DNA of 64,000 bases from an uncultured candidate division Zixibacteria bacterium (GCA_963806185.1 CAWDXE010000004.1:352001-416000), one strand, 5' to 3'. Shown: positions 20,477-30,475, counted from the first letter of the stretch. Translations and numbers: made by a program. Notes: generated by a model not told the origin, from the sequence alone.

Positions 20477-21814
20477 ATGCGGCGAGTATGTCTGTTGTCA
20501 TGTGGGCTTGCGATCGTGCTGGCGGTTTCGGTGTCGGCCCAGCCGAGTGATCGCGACGCCCTGGAGAAGAAGGCTCTAGCTTTTGCGCAGAGCTTCTTTG
20601 AAGATCGCTTCGACGACGTGCAAAAGATGTTTGACGATCGGATGCGAGCAGCGCTGTCCAAGGACAAGTTCGAGGAGGTGCGCGAATCGGTCGTAGGGCA
20701 GTTTGGCTCATTCAACGGATTGCTGGGCGTCCGCTTTGAAAAGATGAATGTGTATGACATCGTGTATGTCACCTGCCAATTTGCGCAGGATCGGCTGGAT
20801 GCCAAAGTTGTGTTCGACACGGCCCGTCAGGTGAGCGGGTTGTTTTTTGTGCCGCCGCCTCCCACCGAGGAGTACCAGCTTCCTGTCTACGCCCGGCCAT
20901 CGAGCTTCCGCGATACAACCGTCACGTTGAATAAGGGGACGGCGCTCGAACTTGAGGGGACATTGTCGGTGCCGCAGGCCGGTGGTCCGTTTCCGTGTGT
21001 GATATTGGTTCACGGGTCCGGGCCGAATGATCGTGATGAAACGTTGGGAGCGCAAAAGCCGTTCAAGGACATTGCGTCGGGGCTGGCTTCGCAGGGTATC
21101 GCGGTGTTACGCTACGACAAGCGAACGCGGATTCACGCCGATCTGGCGGCCGCCGATTCCAATTTCACGGTGAAGGAAGAGACAATCGACGATGCCGTGG
21201 AGGCCGTCCGGTTGGCGCGGGAGTGTCCCTTGATAGACGGCGCAAAGGTTTTCGTCCTGGGACATTCGCTCGGGGCAATGGTGATGCCGCGTATCGCCGA
21301 GCGGCTGCCTGAAGCGGCCGGGTTCATCCTGTTAGCGGCGCCGAATCGGTCACTCGAGGAAGTGTATCTCACCCAGACGGAGTACATCGTAATGCTGGAC
21401 GGCAAGATGTCCGGGGCCGACAGCGCGAGCATGAAGGCAGTGGCGGAAGCGGTGGGCAGCGTGCGAGGACTGAAGGTCGGAGGGCCGGCACTTCCGCGAG
21501 ATTCTCTGTTAGGCTCGCCGATGTCATACTGGCTTGATCTGCAAGCATACGTTCCGGCGCAGATGGCCGAATCTATTACCAAGCCGATATTCCTGCTGCA
21601 GGGCGACCGTGACTACCAGGTTACGAAGGTCGATTTCTCCGCCTGGCAGAAGGCGCTCAAGGGCAAAACCAATGCCACTCTGAAATTGTACCCCCGGCTG
21701 AATCACCTGTTTGTGGAAGGGGATGCGAAATCGTCTCCGGCCGACTACAATCGTCCGGGCAATGTCGCCCAGGTGGTCGTCGACGACGTAGCCGGCTGGA
21801 TAAAGGCGCATTGA
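20477..21814 (+). CDS. Exported alpha/beta hydrolase with an N-terminal DUF3887-like domain
   Basis: Signal peptide, VHGSGPNDRD, RYDKR, GHSLG nucleophile elbow, DYQV and LNHLF. Confidence 0.87.
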   Translation: MRRVCLLSCGLAIVLAVSVSAQPSDRDALEKKALAFAQSFFEDRFDDVQKMFDDRMRAALSKDKFEEVRESVVGQFGSFNGLLGVRFEKMNVYDIVYVTCQFAQDRLDAKVVFDTARQVSGLFFVPPPPTEEYQLPVYARPSSFRDTTVTLNKGTALELEGTLSVPQAGGPFPCVILVHGSGPNDRDETLGAQKPFKDIASGLASQGIAVLRYDKRTRIHADLAAADSNFTVKEETIDDAVEAVRLARECPLIDGAKVFVLGHSLGAMVMPRIAERLPEAAGFILLAAPNRSLEEVYLTQTEYIVMLDGKMSGADSASMKAVAEAVGSVRGLKVGGPALPRDSLLGSPMSYWLDLQAYVPAQMAESITKPIFLLQGDRDYQVTKVDFSAWQKALKGKTNATLKLYPRLNHLFVEGDAKSSPADYNRPGNVAQVVVDDVAGWIKAH

Positions 21815-21874
21815 CATTCGCATGACATTGTGACCTGATTTTGTCGATGATTGTAACGGTGAGACGGCAATTCG

Positions 21875-21888
21875 TTGACTTGAGTCAA
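21875..21888 (+). promoter_or_regulatory. FNR/HcpR-like box TTGAC-N4-GTCAA
   Basis: Perfect inverted half-sites TTGAC-ttga-GTCAA, about 50 bp upstream of the Fe-S membrane protein start. Confidence 0.55.
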
Positions 21889-21938
21889 GGCCGATACGCG
21901 GGCAACGTCCGATCATTGGTGATGAAAGGACATGGCCT

Positions 21939-23000
21939 ATGGCGACCCTGACGATGCTCGACACCGAAACGCGAAAATTGATCCCGGCGAAAGTATGCGC
22001 CACCGATTCGGTCCAGAAGTGGCGTTTCTACAGCCAGCTTTTCTCCGTCGGCATCAATTTCTGGATCGGCGTCCAGTTTTTCCTGTTTGTCCGTTACTGC
22101 GAGAGCGGGGGAATAGGCTGGAATGTCGGCCGTCCGCCGGGGGTTGAAGGCTGGCTGCCGATCGGTGCGCTGGTTTCGCTTCGCTACTGGTGGGAGACCG
22201 GAATAGTAAATAACGTCCATCCGGCAGGACTTATCATTTTCGCCGTCATTTTGTTGACGGCATTCATCTTCAAGAAGGGCTTCTGTTCCTGGATATGTCC
22301 GATTGGGTTCGTATCGGAGATGCTGGGCGCCGTGGGCGACCGTATTTGGCGCCGGCGGATACTTCCTCCCAAGTGGCTTGACTGGCCGCTCCGCTCCCTT
22401 AAGTACATCATTTTCGGCTTATTCATCTACGCCGTGTTCATCAGCATGAATTCCGCGGCGATCAAGTCCTTTCTCTTTTCGGAGTACAACACGGTGGCCG
22501 ACGTACTCATGCTCAAGTTCTTCACCGATATCAGCCTGTTGGCACTGGCGGTGATCGGAGCACTCGTCCTGCTCTCGCTCGTGGTGCGCGGCTTCTGGTG
22601 CCGTTATCTCTGCCCGTACGGCGCTCTGCTCGGTGTCGCCAGTCTGCTCTCACCCACGCGAATCGCACGCCGGCAATCATCCTGTATCGATTGCACCGCG
22701 TGCCGCCGGTCCTGCCCGTCATTTATCAAGGTAGACCAGGTGGCGCAGGTCAATTCGGACGAGTGTTCCGGGTGCATGGCCTGCGTGGACGGCTGCCCGG
22801 TCAAGAAGACGCTCCAAGTGGCGGTGATTCGACGCCGATGGACTATCTCGGCTCGGGCGTGGGCGATTTCCCTGCTTATCTTCTTCTGGGGTTCACTGCT
22901 CGCCTTCAAGGTGTTTGGACCGTGGGATAACGATGTCGCGACCGAGCGATATATTCAAATGATGGACGGGGTCAACAAAGGGCAGTATCTTCACCCGTAG
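21939..23000 (+). CDS. Membrane-bound 4Fe-4S binding protein (YccM/NapH-like)
   Basis: FCSWICPIG, WCRYLCPYG, CIDCTACRRSCP and CSGCMACVDGCP, with multiple TM helices. Confidence 0.9.
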   Translation: MATLTMLDTETRKLIPAKVCATDSVQKWRFYSQLFSVGINFWIGVQFFLFVRYCESGGIGWNVGRPPGVEGWLPIGALVSLRYWWETGIVNNVHPAGLIIFAVILLTAFIFKKGFCSWICPIGFVSEMLGAVGDRIWRRRILPPKWLDWPLRSLKYIIFGLFIYAVFISMNSAAIKSFLFSEYNTVADVLMLKFFTDISLLALAVIGALVLLSLVVRGFWCRYLCPYGALLGVASLLSPTRIARRQSSCIDCTACRRSCPSFIKVDQVAQVNSDECSGCMACVDGCPVKKTLQVAVIRRRWTISARAWAISLLIFFWGSLLAFKVFGPWDNDVATERYIQMMDGVNKGQYLHP

Positions 23001-23007
23001 GTGCATT

Positions 23008-23775
23008 ATGGCCAGGAAACAAACAGCATCATTTTTCGACGCCTATGCGCACGAATATGACCATCTGACCGCGGCTGCTTCGCGCGAGACGGTTCATCGC
23101 AAGGAAGTGGAGGCCATCGTGGCGCGTTTTCAGCCGACCAGGGTGCTCGATGCCGGCTGCGCCACCGGATTGACAACCCGGCTGTTTGCGGCGGCGGGTG
23201 TGAAGGCTGTCGGGCTTGACCGATCGGCGCCAATTCTGGCGGAAGCGCGGCGGATTGCCGCCGAACAAGGGGTGGCAGTCGAGTTTGTGGAAGGTCAATT
23301 TGAGAAGCTGCCGAAGTCGTTTGACAGTCAGTTTGATCTGATCGTCTGCCTGGCCAACAGCATTGCCGGCGTGAATACGGAAGCGGCGCTGTTACGCAGC
23401 CTGAAGAGTTTTTATCGCTCCGTGTCGCCGGGGGGGAGGCTCGTGCTTCAGATGTTGAATTACGCGGTGGTTCGTGAAGGCGAAATCCGTCCGGTTCGCG
23501 TGACGGAGTACAACAATATCGTGTACGCTCGTTATCAAGAACGGATTGGCCGAAAAATCATTTTGCACATTATTCGAATTGATCGCGATCAGGCACCGCC
23601 GTCGCTGGAGGTTTTTGTACATGCCAGCGACAATTTCGCTCCCCCCCAGGTCCTGAAAGCCGTTCGTGCGGCGGGTTTCGCCAAGGTTGGTCGTTTCGCT
23701 GACCTGGCGCTTACCGAGCCATTCCAGCCGTCCTCTCGCGACCTGGTCATTGTGGCGAACCGACCCGTTCGCTAG
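23008..23775 (+). CDS. Class I SAM-dependent methyltransferase
   Basis: VLDAGCATG, FDLIVCLANS and SPGGRLVL. Confidence 0.88.
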   Translation: MARKQTASFFDAYAHEYDHLTAAASRETVHRKEVEAIVARFQPTRVLDAGCATGLTTRLFAAAGVKAVGLDRSAPILAEARRIAAEQGVAVEFVEGQFEKLPKSFDSQFDLIVCLANSIAGVNTEAALLRSLKSFYRSVSPGGRLVLQMLNYAVVREGEIRPVRVTEYNNIVYARYQERIGRKIILHIIRIDRDQAPPSLEVFVHASDNFAPPQVLKAVRAAGFAKVGRFADLALTEPFQPSSRDLVIVANRPVR

Positions 23776-23790
23776 GGTGACCGATTCTGT

Positions 23791-23818
23791 TTGACAACCG
23801 CAGGCGGATGTCTATCTT
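23791..23818 (+). promoter_or_regulatory. Sigma70-type promoter
   Basis: TTGACA-N16-TATCTT upstream of ATG 23831. Confidence 0.5.
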
Positions 23819-23830
23819 CTCACAATTCGT

Positions 23831-25354
23831 ATGAGAATACTGCACTACATAGTCATCGGCCTGTTGTCATCTCCCGCTTTCGGACAGACCCCCATATCAA
23901 CTCCTCCGGTCAAATCCGTTATTGACTATCGTCCAATAGGCGAGATGCGCATCTGGACGTTTGTCTCCCGCGACAGCACGCTGGGGAGACTCATCTCCGT
24001 GGTAAGAGAAACCAAGAATGTCAATGGGCGCGAGGGGGTGGTAATTCAACAGGAGATGGCGCTGGATATGTCCAAGATCGGCGGTGTGCCGATGGCCAAG
24101 TCGAGCGGTCACCGCTGGATTGCGCTTGATGGCGGCTATCTCGGCGAAGAGACGAAATTGATTTCGGAGGACCAAACCAACGACGTCAGGCTGGAGGTCG
24201 ACGGAAAGCGCCTTACCGGCTATTTCACACGCGGCGACGACAAGGTGGAACAGGACATAGCCTGGCCCGGAAATCGTTTTGTCATCGATCCGTATTTTGC
24301 CGACGAGATGGAGTTATTCCTGGCCCGCCGTGGTTTGAAGGTGGGTGAGACATTTGCGGATACGGTATTTTCGGCCCAGACATTGCTCTTCTCCTCTGTA
24401 GCTGGGGAGGTTCGGGATTTCATTTACACTGAGTTGTACAAGGGGCGCTTTGATTCGGTCTTTGTCATTCAGATGACCCAGCCGGAGGTACAGACGCTTC
24501 TGGTCACTCGCGACTTTCGGCTGCTCAGAATGGATTTCACTGAGCACGGGAGACTACGGGCCTATTTGGATCGAGTAGCCATGCCGCAGGCCGATGTGGC
24601 AAAGACAACTCCAGTGGCAAGACCGCTGACGACAATCGAAAAGGTTATGCGTCTGGCTCATTGGGGCGTATATCTCCTTCTGAGCGCCGTAATCCTGTGG
24701 CTCTTTGCGCGTCGCCGAATTCGTTTCCTGCCCAACTGGGTGGGACTTCTGGGTGGCGGTCTCATCTATGTTCTGGTGATTTTTCTTCAGACACCGCTAC
24801 AAACTTGGCTGATCACCAAGTTGGTTTCCCCGACGGCGAGCAGCGGAATAATCCTGCTTGGAGGGGTATTGCCCAGCCTGGTCGCCGGGTTCTTTCAGGA
24901 AGGGGTCATTCTCGCCCTCTTGCAGCAAATTGCCCGTCAGTTTCAATTGCCGCGTTTCCGGATGCCCGTGATTGGAGCGTTTGTCGGAGCCGGCTTTGCC
25001 ATTTTTGAGGCGCTCTATCTCACCGTGCCCGGACCACTCATTGGCGGGCAGCTTGTTGAGCGGTCATTTTTGCTGCTGTTTCATATTTCTGCCGGTTATC
25101 TGATGGGGTATTTGCTCGCCTTGCGCTGGAAGGTATGGGGCGGATGGACAGCACTGGCGGTGGCGAATTCTCTGATTCGATTCTTGCCGATGCTGATCTT
25201 ACAGCGACTCGTGAGTATCGAACTGCTGCATTTGTTTGCGATCGTTATTTCGCTGGCCGTGGCGGCCGGGGCTGTGCTCATCACGCGAAAGCAGTTGCCG
25301 GCGCCCGAGGCGGGTTCGGCCTCAGGGGCAGGCGCCGAGAATCCTTTAACTTGA
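23831..25354 (+). CDS. Exported domain fused to a YhfC/PrsW-like intramembrane glutamic protease domain
   Basis: Signal peptide, about 250-aa beta-rich domain, then TM helices with AGFFQEG, GAGFAIFE and ERSFLLLFH. Confidence 0.6.
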   Translation: MRILHYIVIGLLSSPAFGQTPISTPPVKSVIDYRPIGEMRIWTFVSRDSTLGRLISVVRETKNVNGREGVVIQQEMALDMSKIGGVPMAKSSGHRWIALDGGYLGEETKLISEDQTNDVRLEVDGKRLTGYFTRGDDKVEQDIAWPGNRFVIDPYFADEMELFLARRGLKVGETFADTVFSAQTLLFSSVAGEVRDFIYTELYKGRFDSVFVIQMTQPEVQTLLVTRDFRLLRMDFTEHGRLRAYLDRVAMPQADVAKTTPVARPLTTIEKVMRLAHWGVYLLLSAVILWLFARRRIRFLPNWVGLLGGGLIYVLVIFLQTPLQTWLITKLVSPTASSGIILLGGVLPSLVAGFFQEGVILALLQQIARQFQLPRFRMPVIGAFVGAGFAIFEALYLTVPGPLIGGQLVERSFLLLFHISAGYLMGYLLALRWKVWGGWTALAVANSLIRFLPMLILQRLVSIELLHLFAIVISLAVAAGAVLITRKQLPAPEAGSASGAGAENPLT

Positions 25355-25462
25355 CTTCATCGCAAGTGCCGTCTATGTTTACGCGCGAATTGTGATCTGA
25401 AAGGACTTGACGCGCTTCGTCTCATTGTTAACCATTTCGAGTGCCCATAGTTAGCCCCTATT

Positions 25463-26434
25463 ATGCCCGCACACCAAGCCTATGCCGGGATTGATATTGG
25501 CGGCACCAATATCAAGTACGGTTTAATCGATCCAAACGGAAAGGTGCTCTTCAAGGAGCAGCGTCCCACCCTTGTCGAAAAGGGTGCCGAACCGTTGATG
25601 CACCTGGTGGCCAACATCTCGGAGTCGTTGCTTTACTTTGCGGCTGAAGAAGACTATGAGATTCGCTGGCTGGGCGTGGGTACGCCTGGGGCGGTGGACG
25701 CGAAGTCCGGGAAAGTAATCGGATTGTCGCCTCAAATTGCCGGCTGGCAGGGAATGGAGATCGGCCAGATTCTGAAGGAACGGCTCAATCTCCCGGTTCT
25801 GGTGGACAACGACGTCAATGCCATGGCTTTGGGCGAAGCACGCTTTGGCGCCGGCATAGGCTATCGGTCCGTGGTCTGTGCTGCCGTCGGCACAGGTGTC
25901 GGTGGTGGGATCATTCTGGAAGGTCGGCTCTGGCGTGGGTTCAGTCATACCGCCGGTGAGATCGGTCATACGGCGATCAATTTCGAGGGTCCGTCCTGTC
26001 GCTGTGGCCAGAAGGGATGCGTGGAGGTATATTGCTCGTCTCAGGCGATTATCGCCCGAATGGGTGCTCGACTGAAGCGGGGAATGACGTCGACGTTCGA
26101 GGAAGTGCTTGACGGCAATCTTGACAACTTGAGTATTAAGAAGATCTTTCAGGCCGCCAAGAAGGGCGACCCAGCAGCCCGCGAAGTGATCGAAGAATCG
26201 GCCGACTATCTGGCCATTGGGCTGGCAAATGCGGTAAACCTTTTGAACCCCGATATCGTAGTAGTTGGAGGCGGCGTGGCCGAAGGTGGAGGTGGGTTTG
26301 TCGAAGCGGTGGCCGCCGGGATTCGCAAGCGAGCATTGGAATCGGCCACCAAAGATCTCCGGGTGACGCGGGCGACTCTGGGTAATGACGCCGGTTTTAT
26401 CGGGGCAAGTATATTAGGTGAAGTGCGAGGATAA
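25463..26434 (+). CDS. ROK family sugar kinase (glucokinase-like)
   Basis: GIDIGGT, DNDVNAMALGE, GTGVGGG and GEIGH...CRCGQKGCVE. Confidence 0.92.
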   Translation: MPAHQAYAGIDIGGTNIKYGLIDPNGKVLFKEQRPTLVEKGAEPLMHLVANISESLLYFAAEEDYEIRWLGVGTPGAVDAKSGKVIGLSPQIAGWQGMEIGQILKERLNLPVLVDNDVNAMALGEARFGAGIGYRSVVCAAVGTGVGGGIILEGRLWRGFSHTAGEIGHTAINFEGPSCRCGQKGCVEVYCSSQAIIARMGARLKRGMTSTFEEVLDGNLDNLSIKKIFQAAKKGDPAAREVIEESADYLAIGLANAVNLLNPDIVVVGGGVAEGGGGFVEAVAAGIRKRALESATKDLRVTRATLGNDAGFIGASILGEVRG

Positions 26435-26435
26435 T

Positions 26436-26822
26436 GTGAATACACCAGAAAATGCGCTTGCGTCGCGCCGGCCGGTGACGTTTTACATTGCCAGTTGGTA
26501 TGGCCTGATCGTCGCGTGGATGTTCATGTTGTACGGCGGCGTGAAGATGATCCTTGGCATGCTTGATCACTCGTACGAAGGCATGGGAGAGTTGCTGATC
26601 TTCCTGCTTATCGGCATACTCATGTTCCTGACCGTCTCCGGGTTGCGTATGCTCAAAGAGTGGGGATGGTATGGGCAACTGGTGGTCAACGGCTTGATAA
26701 TTATCCTGGCGCTGTTCGGACTCAAGCAGATGGGAAACGTGATTTTGCTGGTATTTTCCGCGGCAGCCATGGCCGCGCTTCTGGCTCCTCCGACCAAGGC
26801 GCTCTTTTTCCCACGGCCGTAA
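26436..26822 (+). CDS. Hypothetical four-TM membrane protein
   Basis: Four hydrophobic segments; GTG start immediately after the ROK stop. Confidence 0.7.
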   Translation: MNTPENALASRRPVTFYIASWYGLIVAWMFMLYGGVKMILGMLDHSYEGMGELLIFLLIGILMFLTVSGLRMLKEWGWYGQLVVNGLIIILALFGLKQMGNVILLVFSAAAMAALLAPPTKALFFPRP

Positions 26823-26829
26823 AACGGCC

Positions 26830-26857
26830 TTGACATCACGGCAAAAGTCGGTAATTT
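26830..26857 (+). promoter_or_regulatory. Sigma70-type promoter for tRNA-Phe
   Basis: TTGACA-N16-TAATTT. Confidence 0.55.
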
Positions 26858-26883
26858 GCCCAGCCTACATTTGACTGATCCCT

Positions 26884-26956
<73 letters not shown>

Positions 26957-27030
26957 TTTTTTTATTTCTGCCGACAGGCCCTAATCGAATCAGCGATTCT
27001 GCCGATCATTGTCGGTAGGAGTCCGATTCA

Positions 27031-27225
27031 GTGTTACCATTGACCCACGAAGAGATTATCCGGCTGAAGGAGCATATTGATATGCTTGAAAACGAGCGGG
27101 GAGAGAGTCTCCCCGAGCATTTGCTCATGCGTATCCTGGCCGATCACATCGAGCGGCTGGAGGATCGGGTCGAGAATCTCGAGGGTAAGCTGCACGACAT
27201 CCTCCATATCCTTCGAAAGAAATAA
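27031..27225 (+). CDS. Small hypothetical coiled-coil protein
   Basis: AGGAG RBS and heptad-like IERLEDRVENLEGKL. Confidence 0.55.
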   Translation: MLPLTHEEIIRLKEHIDMLENERGESLPEHLLMRILADHIERLEDRVENLEGKLHDILHILRKK

Positions 27226-27353
27226 CCCCTTTTCACGTAGCCAGCAGTGAACCGCCGAATCGCCCCTGGTGCCGGCCGTTTCGGCTTGTGCCTCGACGCG
27301 GCGTCAGTATATTCACCTCATCAAGTCCACAAACTGACTCAGGAGTGGGAGGC

Positions 27354-27917
27354 ATGAAGAAGCGCGCGCTCATTGTCATGGCGGATGGATTCGAGGATAT
27401 GGAGGGGGTGGCCTCGATTGATGTGCTCAATCGCGCGGAGGTCGAGGTGATCATCGCCGGTCTGTGCCCGGGTCCGATAAAGGCGGCTTACGGCACGACG
27501 GTCGTGCCGCATGTGACTATCGACGATTTGCCCGACCAGCTGTTCGATGGAATCATCTTCCCGGGTGGGCGGCGCAACGCTACGGCGCTGGCAGCTCATG
27601 CTCGTATAGCGGAGATGGCCCGCCGGCATCACGCGGCCGGGAAAATGGTCGCCGCGATCTGCGCGGCGCCGAGCCATGTACTGGCCGAGGCGGCCAATCT
27701 GGTACGCGGAAAACGGGCTACCGGCGATCCTGCTTTTAGTGAAAGGCTGGCCGCCTGCGGGGCAATCGTCACTGATGAATTGGTGACGGTCGATGGAAAC
27801 ATGGTAACCGGCATGGGACCGGGTGCGGCAATGCCCTTTGCGCTGATGCTGGCCGAGTACTTGGTGGGCCGAGAGACGGCCGACGGCTTTGCCCGGAAAT
27901 GGCGCGTGAGTCGCTGA
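27354..27917 (+). CDS. DJ-1/PfpI (ThiJ/YajL-like) family protein
   Basis: GFEDMEG, FPGG, AICAAP catalytic Cys and TGMGPG. Confidence 0.9.
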   Translation: MKKRALIVMADGFEDMEGVASIDVLNRAEVEVIIAGLCPGPIKAAYGTTVVPHVTIDDLPDQLFDGIIFPGGRRNATALAAHARIAEMARRHHAAGKMVAAICAAPSHVLAEAANLVRGKRATGDPAFSERLAACGAIVTDELVTVDGNMVTGMGPGAAMPFALMLAEYLVGRETADGFARKWRVSR

Positions 27918-28067
27918 TTTGCCACGGGGCAATTTGCATTCGGGGGCAATTTATTCTTGCTCTCGCGGGGCGGTAGTTTCACTTTGAAAACGTCGGCCAA
28001 TTATAATTTCTATGCTATACCTGCCGACATTGGTGGTACGTAGGTACTCACGGCCAAAGGAGCCTGC

Positions 28068-29342
28068 ATGGCGTTGCGCGTCTGCTATTACGAAGATGAG
28101 AAATACACTCAGTTTCTCCCGTTAACGTACGTTCGACCGGTCTACTTGTTACGTGCCGGGATCGTCCCGCTTTTCCGTCGCATCGAACGGGTCCTGCCGG
28201 ACGCGGAGATTTCGCTTCTTGCCCGGGAGCAAGTCGCACCTCTGGTGGCGGATCAGTTACGCGACTATCCGGTAAACATCATCAAACGTGAAGATGGTCA
28301 GGACGTACTGTTTCTGAACGGGAGAATACGTGATTTCGGGGAACTGGTTGACCAGGTGACAAGGGCGCGAATCTCAACTGTCTTTACGCATGGCGATGAA
28401 ATTGTCGCAGTGCTTTTGAGGTCAGACGTACTCGGTCGCATCTCGCGCATGGCAACTCCCGAAATGTACCTGGAGCGGTATGCCTCGGAAAAGAAGGACA
28501 TCCCTGACCTTGCCACGACAGCCACGCTCTATAATTTCTGCTGGGACATCATGGCCGATATCGAGCGGGAGATATCCGCTGACTTTCGAATGATCAAAGC
28601 GGAGTTTGACCAGGAAGGTGAACGGACTGTCCATGACGGCGCCTTCATTGTCAACAAGGCGGCCGTTCGCCTCGGCGATGGAGTGGAGATTCTACCCGGC
28701 GCGGTGATTGATGCTTCCAAGGGGCCGGTCATCATAGGTCAGAACACGAGAGTGGATCCGCACGCGGCGATCTTCGGTCCCTGCTTTGTCGGCCCCAATA
28801 CGGTTGTCGCCGCCGGAAAGATCGCGGCCTCCTCCATAGGTCATACCTGTCGGGTTGGCGGCGAGGTAGAGGAAACGGTCTTTCAGTCCTATGTAAACAA
28901 GTGGCATGCCGGGTTTGTCGGGCACAGCTATGTTGGGTCGTGGGTCAATTTCGGCGCCATGACAACAAACAGTGACCTGAAGAACAACTATTCAACTATC
29001 AGATTGACGGTGAACGGCAAAGCGGTCGATTCCGGAGCGATCAAAGTCGGATCGTTCATAGGCGACCACACCAAATTCGGCATCGGTACCCTGTTGAACA
29101 CTGGGATATCCATAGGTGTCTGCTGCAACATCTTTGGTGGCAGTCTGGTGGCCGACAAGGAAGTGCCGTCGTTTTCCTGGGGGGCAACCGGCCAATACGA
29201 GCCGTACCAGATTGAGAAGGCGCTGGAGACTGCTGAGCGCACGACCGGGCGCAGAAACGTCTTGCTGACCGATCATGAAAAGTCCGTACTTCGGGCCGTT
29301 TTTGAGAAGCAGGAGTCAAGTGCGGGCATAATTACTTGGTAG
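28068..29342 (+). CDS. Putative sugar nucleotidyltransferase / GlmU-related protein with a left-handed beta-helix
   Basis: FLPLTYVRPVYLLRAG N-terminus, hexapeptide repeats and NKWHAGFVGHSYVGSWVNFGA..TNSDLKNNY. Confidence 0.85.
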   Translation: MALRVCYYEDEKYTQFLPLTYVRPVYLLRAGIVPLFRRIERVLPDAEISLLAREQVAPLVADQLRDYPVNIIKREDGQDVLFLNGRIRDFGELVDQVTRARISTVFTHGDEIVAVLLRSDVLGRISRMATPEMYLERYASEKKDIPDLATTATLYNFCWDIMADIEREISADFRMIKAEFDQEGERTVHDGAFIVNKAAVRLGDGVEILPGAVIDASKGPVIIGQNTRVDPHAAIFGPCFVGPNTVVAAGKIAASSIGHTCRVGGEVEETVFQSYVNKWHAGFVGHSYVGSWVNFGAMTTNSDLKNNYSTIRLTVNGKAVDSGAIKVGSFIGDHTKFGIGTLLNTGISIGVCCNIFGGSLVADKEVPSFSWGATGQYEPYQIEKALETAERTTGRRNVLLTDHEKSVLRAVFEKQESSAGIITW

Positions 29343-29378
29343 GGAAAATCTTACCGGTCGTGTGACGCCGACGAACGC

Positions 29379-29407
29379 TTGACAACGGCAAAGCCGCCGT
29401 CTATTTT
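29379..29407 (+). promoter_or_regulatory. Sigma70-type promoter for the galT-like/glgA operon
   Basis: TTGACA-N17-TATTTT. Confidence 0.55.
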
Positions 29408-29428
29408 GGTTTTTTTCAGGAGAGGACG

Positions 29429-30475
29429 ATGCCTGAGCTTCGCAAAGACCCGATTATCGGACGCTGGGTGATCATTTCGACCGAACGCGGCAAGCGTCCG
29501 TCGTCGTTAAGTTCTGTTCCGCCCAAGTCGACTGCCCAACTCTGTCCGTTCTGCCCGGGCAACGAGAATTTCACTCCTCCGGAGGTGCTGGCGTATCGTC
29601 AGCCGGCGACCGAGCCCAATCGGCCCGGGTGGCGGTTGCGAGTCATTTCCAACAAATACCCGGCGCTGGTGATTGAGGGCGCGCTGACACGCGAGCCAAA
29701 AGGCATTTATGATCGTATGCACGGCATCGGGGCGCACGAAGTCATTATCGAAACACCCGAACACGCCAAAGATCTTACCGACATGTCCGATTACGAAGTG
29801 CGCGACGTACTCTGGGCGTACCGTGAACGGATGATCGACCTTGAACGTGACCGTCGGTTCAAATACATTCTGATCTTCAAAAATCATGGCGAGATGGCCG
29901 GGGCTTCGCTGGAGCATTCCCATTCCCAGCTCATCGCCACGCCGATCATTCCTAAACGAGTGGTGGAAGAGATCGAGGGAGCGAAGAAGTATTTCGATTT
30001 CAAAGAGCGATGTATTTTCTGTGATATCGTTCGTCAGGAGATTTCCGAGTACGAGCGGATCGTAAAGGACCATGACGCCTTCATATCGTTCCAGCCGTTT
30101 GCATCGCGCTTTCCCTTTGAAACCTGGATTATACCGAAAACACACCAGTCGAGTTTTCTCGAGATGAGCGATGCGGAGTATCTCATACTGGCGCGCTGTC
30201 TCAAGGATACGCTCTGGCGGATTAAACTGGCGCTGAATAATCCTCCGTTCAATTTTATCCTGCATACGCGGCCTATTCCCCGCGATACACACGAATACTT
30301 CCATTGGCACTTCGAAATTATTCCGAAGCTGACCAAGGTGGCCGGCTTTGAATGGGGTTCCGGGTTCTATATTAACCCGACGGCTCCCGAAGAGGCCGCG
30401 AGCTTTTTGAGGAGTATCGATCCGGCGGCCAAAAAGGCTGGCGGCCTACCCAATGTCTCAGGCGAAAATGGGTGA
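29429..30475 (+). CDS. galT: GalT-family nucleotidyltransferase (galactose-1-phosphate uridylyltransferase-like; possibly ADP-glucose phosphorylase)
   Basis: ELRKDP, CPFCPGNE, NKYPAL and FKNHG..AGASLEHSHSQ. Confidence 0.85.
   Translation: MPELRKDPIIGRWVIISTERGKRPSSLSSVPPKSTAQLCPFCPGNENFTPPEVLAYRQPATEPNRPGWRLRVISNKYPALVIEGALTREPKGIYDRMHGIGAHEVIIETPEHAKDLTDMSDYEVRDVLWAYRERMIDLERDRRFKYILIFKNHGEMAGASLEHSHSQLIATPIIPKRVVEEIEGAKKYFDFKERCIFCDIVRQEISEYERIVKDHDAFISFQPFASRFPFETWIIPKTHQSSFLEMSDAEYLILARCLKDTLWRIKLALNNPPFNFILHTRPIPRDTHEYFHWHFEIIPKLTKVAGFEWGSGFYINPTAPEEAASFLRSIDPAAKKAGGLPNVSGENG

Noticed and set aside
27931..27951. GGGGCAATTT direct repeat upstream of the GlmU-like gene
   Set aside because: Only two short copies with no supporting context.
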